Source: Oopsacas minuta
Taxonomy: Eukaryota > Animalia > Porifera
NCBI GenBank assembly: GCA_024704765.1
Contig: JAKMXF010000072.1
Span: 1-43,792, forward strand
Length of the DNA stretch: 43,792 bases
Direction: 5' to 3'
This document shows, piece by piece, positions 12,161-24,809 of the stretch. A program made the position numbers and the translations under genes. The notes beneath the pieces were generated by a model. That model searched no databases, was not told the DNA's origin, and saw only the letters and a list, made by a program, of their open reading frames with translations. How positions within the stretch are numbered: position 1 is the first letter of the stretch; the number at the start of each line of letters is the position of its first letter.

Positions 12161-12711
12161 ATTTTACAATAAATTGCGATTTCAGCTGTGTCCATTCTCT
12201 ATACTTTCATCCAAGCTTTAAGGACCATACCACTGAAATGGTATGCTCATCTATTTGACACGCGTAGACGATGCATTTGTATGAGAGTCTGTGTAGAATG
12301 TTGATACCATAGAAAGTTAAGGTGAAAACCGTTATCCGTTTGCGTCCTGCATACTCCAGGATAATACTATCTTGCCTAAAACAAAACAATTCAGCAGTTG
12401 CGCCCTCCTCCTTCCCCTAACTGCCACCCTTAAGGCAATGCCATCCCTATAATCGTTATCTAAAATAATGGAAACGCGATCTGTAATAGCCCATGCCTAG
12501 TGACGATTATCATCACACTACCACGGCAAGTGTATAACGAAAAAGGCAGTGTATATGACGAGTCCAAGGAAGAGACGAAACACAGCATGGAATCAGACAC
12601 AAGCAAGTATTTTATCTAATTTCTAAACTCAATTTGTCTTGTCTGTTCCCTTTTGTTGTACGTTAGCTCCCCTCGTGTCTATACAATTAAAATTTATTGC
12701 ACGTATACGCA

Positions 12712-14055
12712 CAGGGTGTATAATGTGTCTTGGCAGGTATGAATTCATGATGTTTAAAGTTGATTTAATCAGACCACAATTTATTAATGAATTATATTTG
12801 TCTTACACTTAACTACTGAGTCCTATCTATTACAAATACACTTCTTTATAAATACTTTCACTTTGATTTGTATTTAAACCCATTTTTTGTATTTCTCTTA
12901 TCTTTTTGAAATATGAATGTCAAAAATCATGGTTTGTCGATTCGCCTGGAAGCAATTGCCATGTTGAAACCTGGGATTGAGCACAAGATCGTAGCTTCAA
13001 GGCTAGGTGTCGGTTTGAAGTCGATACAAAGGTGGTGGCATAACGAGATACCTGGAAAATACCAAAATAGTGAACTCCGTCCTGGTAGGATTCCAAAAAT
13101 GAAAAAGGTCTGCAAGATAGTCATCTCAAAATCTCTAGGAAAGAGCGAGAAGTTAACACGTAAACTTGCACGTATTCTCAATGGTAAGGGATATTCTGTC
13201 TCGCAATCAAGTATATATCACTATTTGACCAATTCTTTGGGAGTAAAATCATTCAAACGCCCTAAAATACCTCGATTGACACAGGAAATGAAGGATAAAC
13301 GTCTCCCGTTCGCTAAAGATCACATAAATTATACAATTGTTAACTGGATAAAGGTGTTCTAGTCAGATGAATCACCTTTCCAAGTGTTCTCCATGCCAAA
13401 TCGTCAAAACGGCCGTATCTGGGCTCGAAATTCAAATAACATTGAACCTATCGTTCAGATGAAATTTCCCACAAAAATCAAAATCTGGGGTATGATGTTT
13501 CACAGGGCTCTCTCAAAATTTCACATCATTCCTCCGAAACAAACGATAAATGGAACCTACTTTCGAGATCATATCTTAGCCAAGACGTGTAATGATGCTA
13601 CAAACAGAACTGCAAATACAGGTTCTATTCTGGAGAGATCAATACTTGCTGGCACGTCTGATTTCCTATTCTTGCAGGATGGTGCCCCTCCTCACACTGC
13701 GAACTTGACACAGAGATGGTGTTTAGGACACTTTCCTCGGTTTTGGAGGAAGGTTGAGTGGCTTGGTAACACGCCTGATTTAAACTCGATTGAAAGCCTC
13801 TGATCAATATTGAAAGATCATGCTTGACAAATGGCAAATGCTACCAAGCTGGAAGACTTAATTCTACGAGTCAAATCCGCATGGGCTGACATAGACCCTG
13901 ATATTCTAGAAAATTTAGTTTGTGTATGCCAGCTAGGATACAACTCGTATTAGATAGGAATGGTTGTTATATTGGCAGATGATTGGAACAAATACTCGAT
14001 AACGGAAAATTATATTTACATTTTACTGACCCGCCAAGACATATGATACACCCTG
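12712..14055 (+). mobile_element. Tc1/mariner-superfamily element A, DD37E, full length, inactivated
   Basis: About 27-bp TIRs CAGGGTGTAT(A/C)AT(G/A)TGTCTTGGC(A/G)GGT. Right flank TA, left flank CA. Transposase 12913 to about 13980 with F*SDES, FLQDGAPPH...PDLNSIE (37 residues between D and E), stops at 13362 and 13803. Confidence 0.9.
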
Positions 14056-14157
14056 TATATGTTGCAATGTAGAAGCGAATTTAGTGTGATCACCAAACTC
14101 TATCTTACACGACAACATATACAAGGTGAGGTAAAGTTTAGCGTTAATAACGGCCCC

Positions 14158-14635
14158 CACAAGGTTCAGTGTACCTTTCCTTGAGCTCTTTCGAATGCAC
14201 GGGTCTCTCAGAAAATCATATTGATCGAAAAAACGAGGTCCTTGAGATTTTTCATGATTCTTGTGTAGATTTTTCATGATTCTTGTGTAGAATTTTGCGT
14301 AGAATCCGATTCTACGCAAAATTCTACACAAGAATCATGAAAAATCTCAAGGACCTCGTTTTTTCGATCAATATGATTTTCTGAGAGACCCGTGACCTGT
14401 CGTATGTTCCGAAATCTTACGAAAATTCCGCAGTGCAAGTGAGGACTCGTGTATAACGTTACCCAGATCATCGGGGGGCCATCCAATTCATATGCTTCCT
14501 GGTAATTTGGACCAGTTACCTCAACACAAAATGCCCAAAATGGATTTCTCTGACATCGCACAGATAAAATGCACTGGCGGAGCAATGAGTAACAAGCAAC
14601 TAAAAGNAGTAATAGGAATTTTACAAAGAAAATTA
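14158..14635 (+). mobile_element. Putative 5' end of a Transib/RAG1-like element (CAC-starting terminus plus N-terminal-like fragment), interrupted by a palindrome
   Basis: 14158-14195 matches 30999-31037 (4 substitutions, 1 indel), which lies just 3' of a RAG1-like ORF. The 14400-14630 frame reads ITLPRSSGGHP...KMDFSDIAQIK..MSNKQLK; that part of the assignment is from recall only. Confidence 0.4.
14198..14394. repeat. 197-bp near-perfect palindrome: 87-bp arms, 1-nt loop at 14307, 22-bp tandem duplication in the left arm
   Basis: CACGGGTCTCTCAG...GCGTAGAATC-C-GATTCTACGC...CTGAGAGACCCGTG. TTTTTCATGATTCTTGTGTAGA occurs twice, at 14248-14291. Confidence 0.95.
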
Positions 14636-14639
14636 TGAT

Positions 14640-17600
14640 TCCCAGGTTTCAGACTATGGTGAATTTAATGGTAACATTTTCGAAAGCTTATGGGATGATG
14701 AAAAATTCACTCTAAAGCCTATGGTGAAGCCACTGTGCGGCATGTTCAATGATGTCGTTGGTTTTAAGCTTGAGAAGAAGCCTTTTTATAGCCAACATTT
14801 CGTTTGCAACGTTCACCCATTCGATGTCATACTGGTTGACTGAATATGTCCGAATTTGCAGTGTGAAAAATATATTTTTCCAAGACGGAATAGGTCCGAA
14901 TAGAATAAGACCGAATATAATTCAAGACTGGAATAAAAGCCTGATACAGATCCAACGATAGTCCAATCAAATACCACCCAGTTATCCGAACGAATATACT
15001 CAAATGTCATCTTCTCAGAATAAAATTCGGTCTTAATCATGTTTCCCATGTCATGCTCCTGCATAGTCTTACTTAATCCATTCATTCTGGATAATACCTT
15101 GCGGAGAAAGCCAAGCGATATAACAGATTTCCCGAGGGAATCTTGTGATAGAGAACCGCGACCAAATCAATCTAGTTTGAATTCGGAGCACCAATCTTCT
15201 GTAGACTTACAAGAATTGCCTGAAGTTTTTTTATCATAGTGTTAATTTCCTCAAACTTACAAACCCATCGGACTTCTGTAAGAGAGGAGGCTGCCATTAT
15301 AGGCTGTTTGGGATAACACTCCTTTTGAACAGATTAGAATATTTCCCTGTGACTGGCGATGTTGAAAATGTCATGTAAGGACTTATAGACATTTACAGAG
15401 TGTATCAAAAGTGCTGTCGTATTGTCTATTTGACTACAACATATTCAATACACAATATACACTTATACTCTATTTACCAATATAATGTCCTGACCGATTT
15501 ATAACTTCGATAATACGATTAGGCATACGATTTGTCAAATTTTGAAGAATCACAAGGGCAATCCCTGACCACACCTTTTTCAAGTGAATTATGAGGGAAT
15601 TTATAGTGCTAACTTCGGGGAGTTTACTGAGCTTGTCTGCAAGGATAGACCATAAATTTTCGATCGTATTCAATTCTTGGGAGTTGCGTGGCCAGCCAAC
15701 CTTCGCCCAGTAGTTTGGCAGGTGTTCTGAACACCAAGTCTGAGTGAACTTGGCGGTGTGGGCTGGAGCGCCATCTTGCATAAAAATCGACTGGGACATC
15801 TGTTCAGTCATAGACTGTTCCAAAATGGTGCCAGAATTTGATGTTCTTCTTATCGCTCCATGCAAGTTCCTTTCAATATTATTTCTCGCTATACTCTCCT
15901 TTAACATTCTGTTTCTGAGGGATTATATGGGGACTGAGAGTGCCTGATGAGACATCATCCCCAAACTTGGATTTTCGTCGGGAATTTAACGCATTTGAAT
16001 GGCTGAGCATCGGCCGAACTATGTGACCACACTCGGTCGTTCTGCCTGTTTGGTGGTACAAATAGTTGAAAAGGTGGTTCATGGGACCATAAAACCTTCT
16101 CCCAATCTGTTTACCAATTCTTGTTTGAGGGCGAAGAGGAGTTGATCTTGCATCATTTTAATGCTGAGACGAGGGATTCGCTACCTTTTGTAAAGATAAA
16201 CACTGATGGAATGCATCAAATAGCGATGGACTGTTGAATGTGAAGCGGAAAAACCAGAATTGACCAATGTACGTGCTATAGATCGTGTAGATTTTCCTCT
16301 CTTGCACAAAGTCTTGGATATGATGATTTTAGGATCGCGAGAAAGGATCTTTGGGCGTCCGCACCTGGTTAAAGTACCCAAGGATTGTCCAAGTTTTCCC
16401 GACGGGACCATCTTTAGACTGATCTAATTGAAATATCTAGAACTTCTGACACTTTATTAAGAGTCAAACCAGCCTTTAGAATCCGAATGGCTCCATTTCG
16501 AAGTTCAATACCATGGTCGTTGACATCCATTATGCGAAAAATGTATAAACTTAGAAAAAAATATCAAAATGTGAGAATATAAAATAATTTGTGCAGATAA
16601 ATATACAAAAGAAATTCAACTATCGGAATGATAGCGAAATGATAAGAGTCAGGATTGGGTTGCGAATATTATGAACTTCCGATAATTGTTAGTTATACGA
16701 CAGCACTTTAATACACCCTGTATAACATTATTTATTCAGTAACTGTTCGAAAATACGCAGCTACAACCAAATTCAAACGGTGCGCAGCACAATAGATGTA
16801 CAGCAACCAAGGGTAACGTCTTTGTTTAGCACCTACACCTTTGTAACACCCGCTCATAACAGATGCGCCGTCTGCTCTAAGTGCCAATAGCGTGGCGGAA
16901 GAACACAACTTTTCAGTGGTTGGCCAAACTCCTTACACAATAATCTGGGCATTAGTTTCTTCTAGCCTGGTGACATCATAAAATCGCTCTTCGTTTTGTC
17001 ATTCGTTTGCAAATCTAAAACAGGTGGACAGCTCTTCACGCCCGCATTATCTTTGCATTCATCAATGTACATTGAATACATCTCCGCGATGTTTAATGGT
17101 TTCTCAATTTGATGACGAACCTCGAAAGCTAACGCTTTTATCAAATCGATTGAGGATCGCTTTGACGTGTAATCGTACGCATTGTATTGTTGTAACATCC
17201 TACCGTGCAGTTGTTTAAATGTTGGATTAGTGCATAGCATGGTCTTGATAAATTCTTTCCACTTTCCAGCATTAACAGATTCATTAGTTTCATCGTGTCC
17301 TCTATATGCTATCCCCTCAGAACAAAAGTACAGATGATACCCCAACAGTGTTTCATGTGTTCTTGATTATTTTCCACTACAGAAGGCCTCAAGGTCTAAC
17401 ATATTTCTAATGCCGGCTATTGGATTCTTTTTCTGGGTACTTTAACTTTCCCAGCGAGTCATGCAAAGTCGGTAATCAGAACTGCGTCATGGGACTTAAA
17501 ACTTCGATTGGTTTCCATCGCCTTTGACCAGGTAGAAAAGCCAATTTAGTAAATGCTGTATCACTTTTTGAAGTTGATGTGCTAAAGTTTCTACAAGCAG

Positions 17601-18109
17601 AACAAACGCCTTGTCTTTTCAATGCTGTTTTCAAGCCATGGGAAGCTAGTATAACACATTGCTCAAAAAGAGCGATTATTTTGGTCTCTCGGATAGGACA
17701 GTAAATTTGGCTGCGTTGGTCCGTCTATCAAAGTTCCAAGGCAACTCACATCCACGTCTTGATCAGTTGAAATTGTAGGAGTCAATGTAGAAAATGTCGC
17801 AGAAGGCGCAGATGTAGATGAGATTAGGGTTTCAGTGCTAGCTGGAGAGCAATCCTGATTATTCTCTTCGGCATTTGTTTCCACCCTTTTAGCAAAATAT
17901 GACGTTATTGGTAAAAGGTTTGCGTTATTCGCCTTCCTTTTCATTATGATATACGATACGTCTAATATAAAATGCAAAAGATATATGTAAACATAAAATC
18001 AGCCGCTGGCAATAAGAGGTTTTATTGGAGATACTGACTGAGAATACTGAAAGTGTGATGAGTCTCAACTAATTTCGCCCCCCAATATTTCGTTAAGTGT
18101 CCACCACTG
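14640..18109 (-). mobile_element. hAT transposon relic (ZMYM1-type), 3'-truncated, interrupted by Tc1 element B
   Basis: Terminus CAGTGGTGGACACTT at 18109. Transposase from MKRKAN (about 17944): RSF..FPWLE, IAYRGHDE, YSMYIDECKD, ADGASVMSGCYKGV..YIYCAAHRLNLVV (16750-16860). Beyond element B it continues SSLTEVRWVCK..., LSKTMQ, IRSD. Confidence 0.8.
15396..16720 (-). mobile_element. Tc1/mariner-superfamily element B, DD37E, full length, inactivated
   Basis: TIRs CAG(A/G)GTGTAT..AAAGTGCTGTCGTAT with TA on both sides. Transposase 16530 to 15470 (MDVNDHG..., FMQDGAPAH...QELNTIENLW, 37 spacing), with stops and frameshifts. Confidence 0.9.
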
Positions 18110-18314
18110 TGGAGCTCATTGACTAAACTTTGAATTCGATCGCGATATTCACCATATTTACTTCTAAGACGTTAATACTATTAGTGTCAAATTCCTCTCT
18201 TTGTTCTCTTACCCTTACAATGAAATCAATCACACTTAAATCCATACTTTTACCAAACAGTTGATTTGTTATACAATGGCTATGCTCAGGTTGTACTGAT
18301 ACTAACCCCTTAAC

Positions 18315-18941
18315 CAGGGGTGCCCAACATACGGCCACGCAAGCATGCACTAAGACTTTTGCAGTTTGTAAAATATACTATTTCTTAATGAACAATTCCT
18401 AAGCCACATTTCGATAGCATTCATACTGGGTGTCGAATTTCAAATTATTTGACATTTTGAAGATTCTTATTCATTTTCAATACACAACAGGTGCATGTGT
18501 TTAGTAATAATAATCCTTAGCGGTGTATAGATCTAAACTAGTATAATTCTAAGCTTATAATTGAAATTCAGATACTGCGTTTACTCATACATTAAGAATA
18601 ACTCGAAAATACATTAAAAATGGCTACTATATGGAACAAAACATCGACCATATAGTCAGACATATGCGTCATCAATCATCGTCCATGTCTAAGTAATAAA
18701 TCATTGTCTGTACTCGTGTTAGTGGTGGCATAATGAGTATTCAGGTTTCGTATTAGTATTTTTTATCATTTTCTGTAGTCTGCCAATATTTCATAGTATG
18801 GTCCCTTTCTGTAGCATTTCCACTTGGATATTCCAACAAATTTCCACTAAATAAATCTGAGATTTATAAATTGGTCCATGCCCCACCAAACTATTGAGGA
18901 AGTCAATGTGGCCCGTAATTCAATCGAGTTGGGCACCCTTT
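18315..18941. mobile_element. 627-bp hAT MITE
   Basis: TIRs CAGGGGTGCCCAAC and GTTGGGCACCCTTT. 8-bp TSD CCCTTAAC (18307-18314) and CCCTAAAC (18942-18949). Confidence 0.85.
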
Positions 18942-19921
18942 CCCTAAACTAACAGCGGACTGCACTCCAAAAGCTTTTACTATAAGTATATGATACGGCT
19001 TGTGAAAGTAGTACACTCATCGATATTGAAGATTTCTGTGAATTGCAATATTGCAGAAACATTGAAAGAGTGGACCTTCTTGCTAATTGTTCTCCGTAAC
19101 GAAGTAGACATATTGGCGCTGACATACAGTTTGCGGATCAAACCATCAAAAGACTGAAATGTAGAGACCATTAAGTTTACCATGTCTGATGTCCCGGTAA
19201 CCCTAAAACAAAATATACAAGTACAGTCGAAACATGTTATCTTCAAACAATCTTATACCGAGAGTATTAAGAAAAATGAAATTAGCGCAAAGATCGGATT
19301 GTTCACTTAAACGCAAAATTATACTAAGAAAACCAGGTTTTTGAATAAAGCAGTTTTATTATCATATAGTTTTTAACGTAACAGGGTTTAATTAATTACC
19401 TTGTTCGTGACATGTATCTTAAGTTGGAATGATAATCCTTGATTAATCTCGATGCCACTAATGATGGGGAGAATAGAGGTAAAACAAGCAAGGACGCACC
19501 TCCAGGCATAGGACTTTTGCAAAGATATGATTAGGAGCGCGAAAATTGAGGAATTTTACATATGCCATTATACTAAATATCCATCAAAGCGAATGAAATT
19601 TAGAGAGTAGGAGCTATAGAAGTGTGCTCATAATACCCTGAATTTCTCCCTGGTTGCGCTGTAGTACCCATATATTTCTGTGAACCTTTATCAACTAATT
19701 CAATTCACAGTTGGTATTTAGGTGGAAATATGCTTGATTTTCTCATTATTTCTATTATCTCATTAGAGTCAGCCTATCTTCAAACCTAGAAATTCGTAAT
19801 TTAATTCAGTGTATTTGTTGTTATGTTTTCTATTATCGCCAAGTTCTGCTTATCAGAATTTCTGTTCTTCAGTTTGTTTAATTGGATCAAGTTTCATTGT
19901 TGTATTTTTGGCAATTGTAAC

Positions 19922-20123
19922 CATGGCTGGATTCGTTTAAAGGTTAACGGCACAACAGTCAACTAACTAATATTTTTGCATAGTCATGGGTGTATTTTTT
20001 CAGTTCTAGTAAAAACGCTTAATTTATTTAATGGACTAACATTTGCAATGGTTAACCGATTAACTGATCTTATTGATACAAAGTTAACTGTCCCATTAAT
20101 TCGGTTAATCAACCCCAGTCCTG
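19922..20123. mobile_element. Degenerate hAT-type MITE related to the TAATCA family
   Basis: Right end GGTTAATCAACCCCAGTCCTG resembles the 11570 and 24920 ends. Left end and TSD are weak. Confidence 0.35.
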
Positions 20124-20150
20124 TTGTTACATATAAAGCTTAATGAAACA

Positions 20151-20190
20151 TCTGTATAATTAAAACGCAATTAATCTATGTATATGTGTG
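20151..20190 (+). mobile_element. 5' end of a non-autonomous Helitron
   Basis: A|TCTGTATAATTAAAACGCAATTAATCTATGTATATGTG aligns with the minus-strand end at 28533 (A|TCTCTACTACAAAAAACGTAATTAATCTGTATATATGTG). Confidence 0.5.
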
Positions 20191-21029
20191 TCATTTCATT
20201 TTGAATCGGCCAGCAGTCATACACTTATCTCTCACATTTCCTTACTAAATCTATCTGCCTATTTTTGTATGGGATATCCCTTCATATATTTGGGAATTCA
20301 GATCTTATGTCATTTTTCCAGAATCCAAGACTCACCGTCCAAAATCGTTTCACATAACACTCCTACATCTACTTATAACTCTCTCTATATATATTCTGTA
20401 TATACACAAATCCCCGTCTTAGTTTCCATTTTCATATGAACCTTTGTCGTTTCTAGCTAAGTTTACATTAATCTACTCTGTCAAAGTTTAGATTCGTTAG
20501 AGTAATCGATATGTGGCTACTAGTCACTTGCACACGCCATCACCTTTTCTCAAACTTTCCTTTTTAGATATAATTCGTAGTAGTAATAGTAATTATATAA
20601 TAGTAGTACATATATTTGTAGAGGAATCTCGTGTCGTTTTAACGAGATTCCAATTTATATATATGTTAAAATATTAAATTCGACGATTATTTTCTTGGTT
20701 TGTCAGAATTGATTGAGAACTGTTCGGCAAGCTTGGCAGTAGATGACTTAAACTCTAAAACTCATTTATTCAATTTTGAAATCAAAGTTGAATATCGAGT
20801 AATATGAATTACATTATTTTACTTTTAGATATAGCAATAAATAGGATAATAACTCATACCAAAGCCATATTAATTTGCTTTCGAAAATACATATTTTGAT
20901 TATTCAAACTTTACAAGTTTGGAGTGCTGTAGGTAAGATTCCTTTTATCCTAGATGCTGATTATAATATTTCCCACTGATTGAACTATGGAGAATCCAAA
21001 ACACACTTACATTCTATTTTATTTATCTC

Positions 21030-21650
21030 CTTATTTCCTCATATTTCCACAGTGTTGTCCCTTTTATATAATGTGCAATTCCGAAACTGGTTGAAAGAAC
21101 TTCATGGATCAGGCTGGAATTTTGGGGAAAATTTCTCACTGAGACTTTGCTCGATTCTTTTATTTTATATTTCTGCTATACTTAGTCATTCTACCAATTT
21201 GGTATTCAATACAATTCAAAAGGTGATTGATCTCTTCAAAGAACATTTTACTCTTCGAATCCCTAATCAATTGTCCTTTTTACAAATTTTGGTACAGTCT
21301 TTTGAGTTTCCGCCTCTTAAACGTTTTTGAACCAAGAGCATTCCTTAGATAGCTATATACTGCTGACTTTGATATTCTATACCATTGTTAAGTATTTGGT
21401 AGCTGTTTGCTGTTTGATTATCCCGCCGTTTTTGTAGCTTTTGCAATAAGTATCTTTGCTACACGAATTTTTTGCCTCCTTTCTTTATGTACAACTCTGA
21501 AATGCGGGCATGTGAACATCTCTTCGAATATCTCTCGCTCACGTTTAGTTGCGTGATACATTTTCTCGTGTTTAGCCACCTTGTAGCAAACCAATTGTTT
21601 TTGAACAAACTGCTTTAGTGCTATACAATGATCTTTGAAAATTATTCTCA
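21030..21650 (-). pseudogene. Highly degenerate Tc1-like transposase (N-terminal to middle), related to elements A and B
   Basis: RVAKILIAKA, ISKSAVYSYLRNALGQKR and VSELHII resemble VCKIVISKS, VSQSSIYHYLTNSLGVK and LSKFHII of element A. Confidence 0.45.
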
Positions 21651-23199
21651 AAAATTCTACGAAAGCTAAAGTTGAGAAAAGTTTTGGATCAATGAATGAT
21701 GGAATAATATTAGGGAAAGACGATTTTCAACTAAGAGTATAACTCGTGCTAACAAGCTTCAGAATGTTGCATGTTATGGTTACATGTTATGGTTGCATAA
21801 TATATTATGCTAATTAGAATAGTATATGTTGCCAACACTTTTGAGACAAAATATGGATTTTCTGAGATTTCCTTACGTTTTATCCGGTTTAAAGAACACT
21901 GACTCCATAACGACTTTTCAAAATTCAATTGTGGGCATCGTGCAATGGTAAATATCCTAAAAGGTATGAGTCTCAGAACTATACCTTTCTTATACATATA
22001 GGAAAGAGTATGTCACCCAATATTGCCACATAACAAAATATTTATATGCATGTACGTGAGAATTTATCCACTGTTTTCTAGACGATGGTGCGTTTTCATC
22101 AGGTATATTCGTAATGCGTGTTCATGTTCGCTATATCCACACTATCACTACAAGCTCTAGTAACCGATATTGAATATTTGATACAATAGTATCATACTAA
22201 TAGCAATTGATTCCGATATCTCGAGTTAGAGTATAAACATTCCCATACAGTTTAGTTTCATATTAACAATTCACCTAATAGCAAGTAAATCTCAATTTCC
22301 AATGAGTTATAGTCTGTCTGGGGCAAGAAATGTTCCTAATAGGGTAACTTGAGTTAGTCCATTGTGAAGACTTTCTTACTAATAGAGGGAATTGATGTCG
22401 TTGATGATTAGCAAGATTTTATGGCTAATAAACATACTTGTGTTTGCCTCTTAGCAAGAAGTTCTTGCCCATTAAGACTAAAACTCACTGGTTTGCATAT
22501 TATTATTTATTCCTTATTCAAATTCATTCTGTGCATTGGAGACCGTAAAACTCCCGTTTATTCCATTTCTCTGTACATTTTCCAATCCCAACCTAGTTTA
22601 TTCGGATCCTTAGGGTTTGTAGATTATGAAACGTTAGTCCCTTTTGAGACAAAATTGTATGTTGCTAATGGATTTGGATATTACCTTGTGCAAATGTATG
22701 CAACATAATTATATACATAATGACGCAATGGACCTACATATTCACTCGAAAAATTTCCTATCCAGAGTATCACGCAGTTAAGGGAGATCATTTCGATATT
22801 GGAGGTGCGGTAGAACTAATGTTGTTGTAAATAGGTCATGCCGTTGAGGAGCGAAGCCACTCTACCACACTGGGAGGCTTTCTGTACTGCCCAAACACAA
22901 ACCTGGATATTATTCCCCACATCATTTCATGGATTTCTCGGACATACTTCATTTTATTTTATTTAAATCTTTAGTGGAATAGCTAATGAAAGGATCATGC
23001 ATTTTCACATCAAATTTGGATATATTGCTAAATACAATATCCATTTGATCGGCCACGATTGATCACTTAAGTTACACAATTTGTAGGTGTTAAAATCCAG
23101 CTAATAGTTGGTCGATTTGTATAAAACTAGACTCATCACGTCAGTAGCGTCGCGCAAGTGGTCACTCGATGGGGTTAGCTTCATATTGGATAATGGAAT

Positions 23200-23720
23200 G
23201 TAGTCACATTCCTTATCTATTCTTGCGTTGCTAGGGATTAATATTTCCATAAATATACCCCATCCAGATTTCTTTTCCAAGAAGGTAATGAATGCTATTG
23301 CTTTTGATGCCAATGGTCCAGTGGCTCAAGTTTGCATCCCTACTCTCACCTCTCACTGTACTCCAGTACTCACAGAAGTTCATAAGCACTATTTGGAATA
23401 TCGACCCAGAACTGGTCTACTTGGAATCATACTTTTGCATGATAATGCATGAAGCCACTAGACTAAGCAAATTCACGAATTCATTACCTATATACTGACA
23501 CAAACTCTGGATCACCCTCTCTATTCCCTTGAGCTTCTTCGTTGTGACTTTTTGTTGTTTTCAAAGCTGAAAAGCGATCTTTCTTGCAAAGAGTCTCAAA
23601 TTGTTTGGAAATCGGTTCCGCGATTCATAAGTGCCTGAAGTCCCTAGTACAAGAAAAAATATCACTTCTGGATAAACAGATTACCGATTAATGAGTGTAT
23701 TCATGCCAAGGGCGACTAAT
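23200..23720 (+). pseudogene. Degenerate mariner (DD34D/SETMAR-like) transposase fragment
   Basis: SKKVMNAIAFDANGPV, RPRTGLLGIILLHDNA and HPLYSLELLRCDFLLFSKLK, across frameshifts. Confidence 0.7.
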
Positions 23721-23984
23721 TCGGAAATATTTGAATGTTAACATATCAGTCAGTGTATATAATGTGGAGATCAGTACAGTGAAATGACCTAAATTTATTT
23801 ATATTATGTATAAATTTATATATTTAGGCGCATCAGTTTCCTCGTTCGTCTAAAGACAAACGTCGCTTACTACTTTACATTATCTATACTGTATTGATTC
23901 ATCATGCACAATTGCAATTATATCCATGAACTTTTAGTTGTACCACAATAGATTTTTGTAATTATGCTGTTTTTTAGTACTTTT

Positions 23985-24350
23985 GACCGTTTTTCGTCCA
24001 ATATTGATGAAAAATGTAGTTCGAGCATGTCTATCTCTAGATATCTGAAAACTTGGAATTGAGTAGTTTGGGGTGGGTAACTACCGGTGAATAACATTAT
24101 TCGTAACCATTCTTGTACACTTTAGTAGAAATTCGCCAGATAGTTTGTGCCTGCGCTGGCATGATATCTTTCATCGATTGAAGTGATTTCTCTATTATCT
24201 TCTAAACTATTTAAGATTGATTATAATTATCAATAGTGTATTATTGATCGACATAACACCACCCCCAAACTACACAATTCATATTTTTCAGATCTCTAGC
24301 CATGATCAAGCTTCATTTTTCAACTAATTGGGTAGAAAATTTGGCAAAGA
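23985..24350. mobile_element. MITE-like element with about 90-bp imperfect TIRs (same family as 9835-10195)
   Basis: CTAGATATCTGAAAACTTGGAATTGAGTAGTTTGGGGTGG (about 24037) is inverted at about 24258-24300. Confidence 0.5.
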
Positions 24351-24809
24351 GCACAAAAATCAATACTATTTCAGAACTATGCAAAGTATAATGGCACAAT
24401 ATTGAAATGGTTGTCTATATTTTTCTCCTTAAAAGCCCTGAAGTGAAAACTGGATAGAATTAATGCCATATATGTTGTGAGAACTATTGACGATATTCGT
24501 CGGGTGTGCTTCCCTCCCTTTGCTATTCAATCGGACACCAAGTACCAGTATTTCACACTGGTCGAACTTTTTTCCAGCCTCTGGCAAAAAATTATGAAAT
24601 GAAAGGTGCCAAAAGTTCACATCTTTAGAAAGTGAAATAATTCTACATCTTCATACTATTCTAATTTTTATATTGGTTACATTTTTTTGCTAAAGGTACG
24701 TGAAACATATTCTGTGTACAGCTCTTATGTCATCGGTAATAATTCTATTGTTTTTAGAGGTTAAATATTTCTTTGTTATCAACGATATCCTAGTGCAGTA
24801 TACTGTGGA

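Noticed and set aside
14732-14738. CACTGTG, a perfect RSS heptamer (reverse complement), near the Transib-like fragment
   Set aside because: It lies inside the hAT coding relic, has no nonamer at 12 or 23 bp, and the following 5-mer (CGGCA) does not match the putative TSD GCCCC.
16914-16929. CAGTGGTTGGCC as the partner TIR for the hAT end at 18109
   Set aside because: No TSD match, and hAT coding sequence continues past it to about 14640.
18980-19246. 88-aa minus-strand ORF with a plausible splice acceptor
   Set aside because: No recognisable domain or partner exons; cannot be distinguished from a chance ORF.
22300-22700. Coding-looking minus-strand stretch (..NFVSKGTNV..KLGWDWK..)
   Set aside because: Multiple stops and no motif I can assign with confidence.
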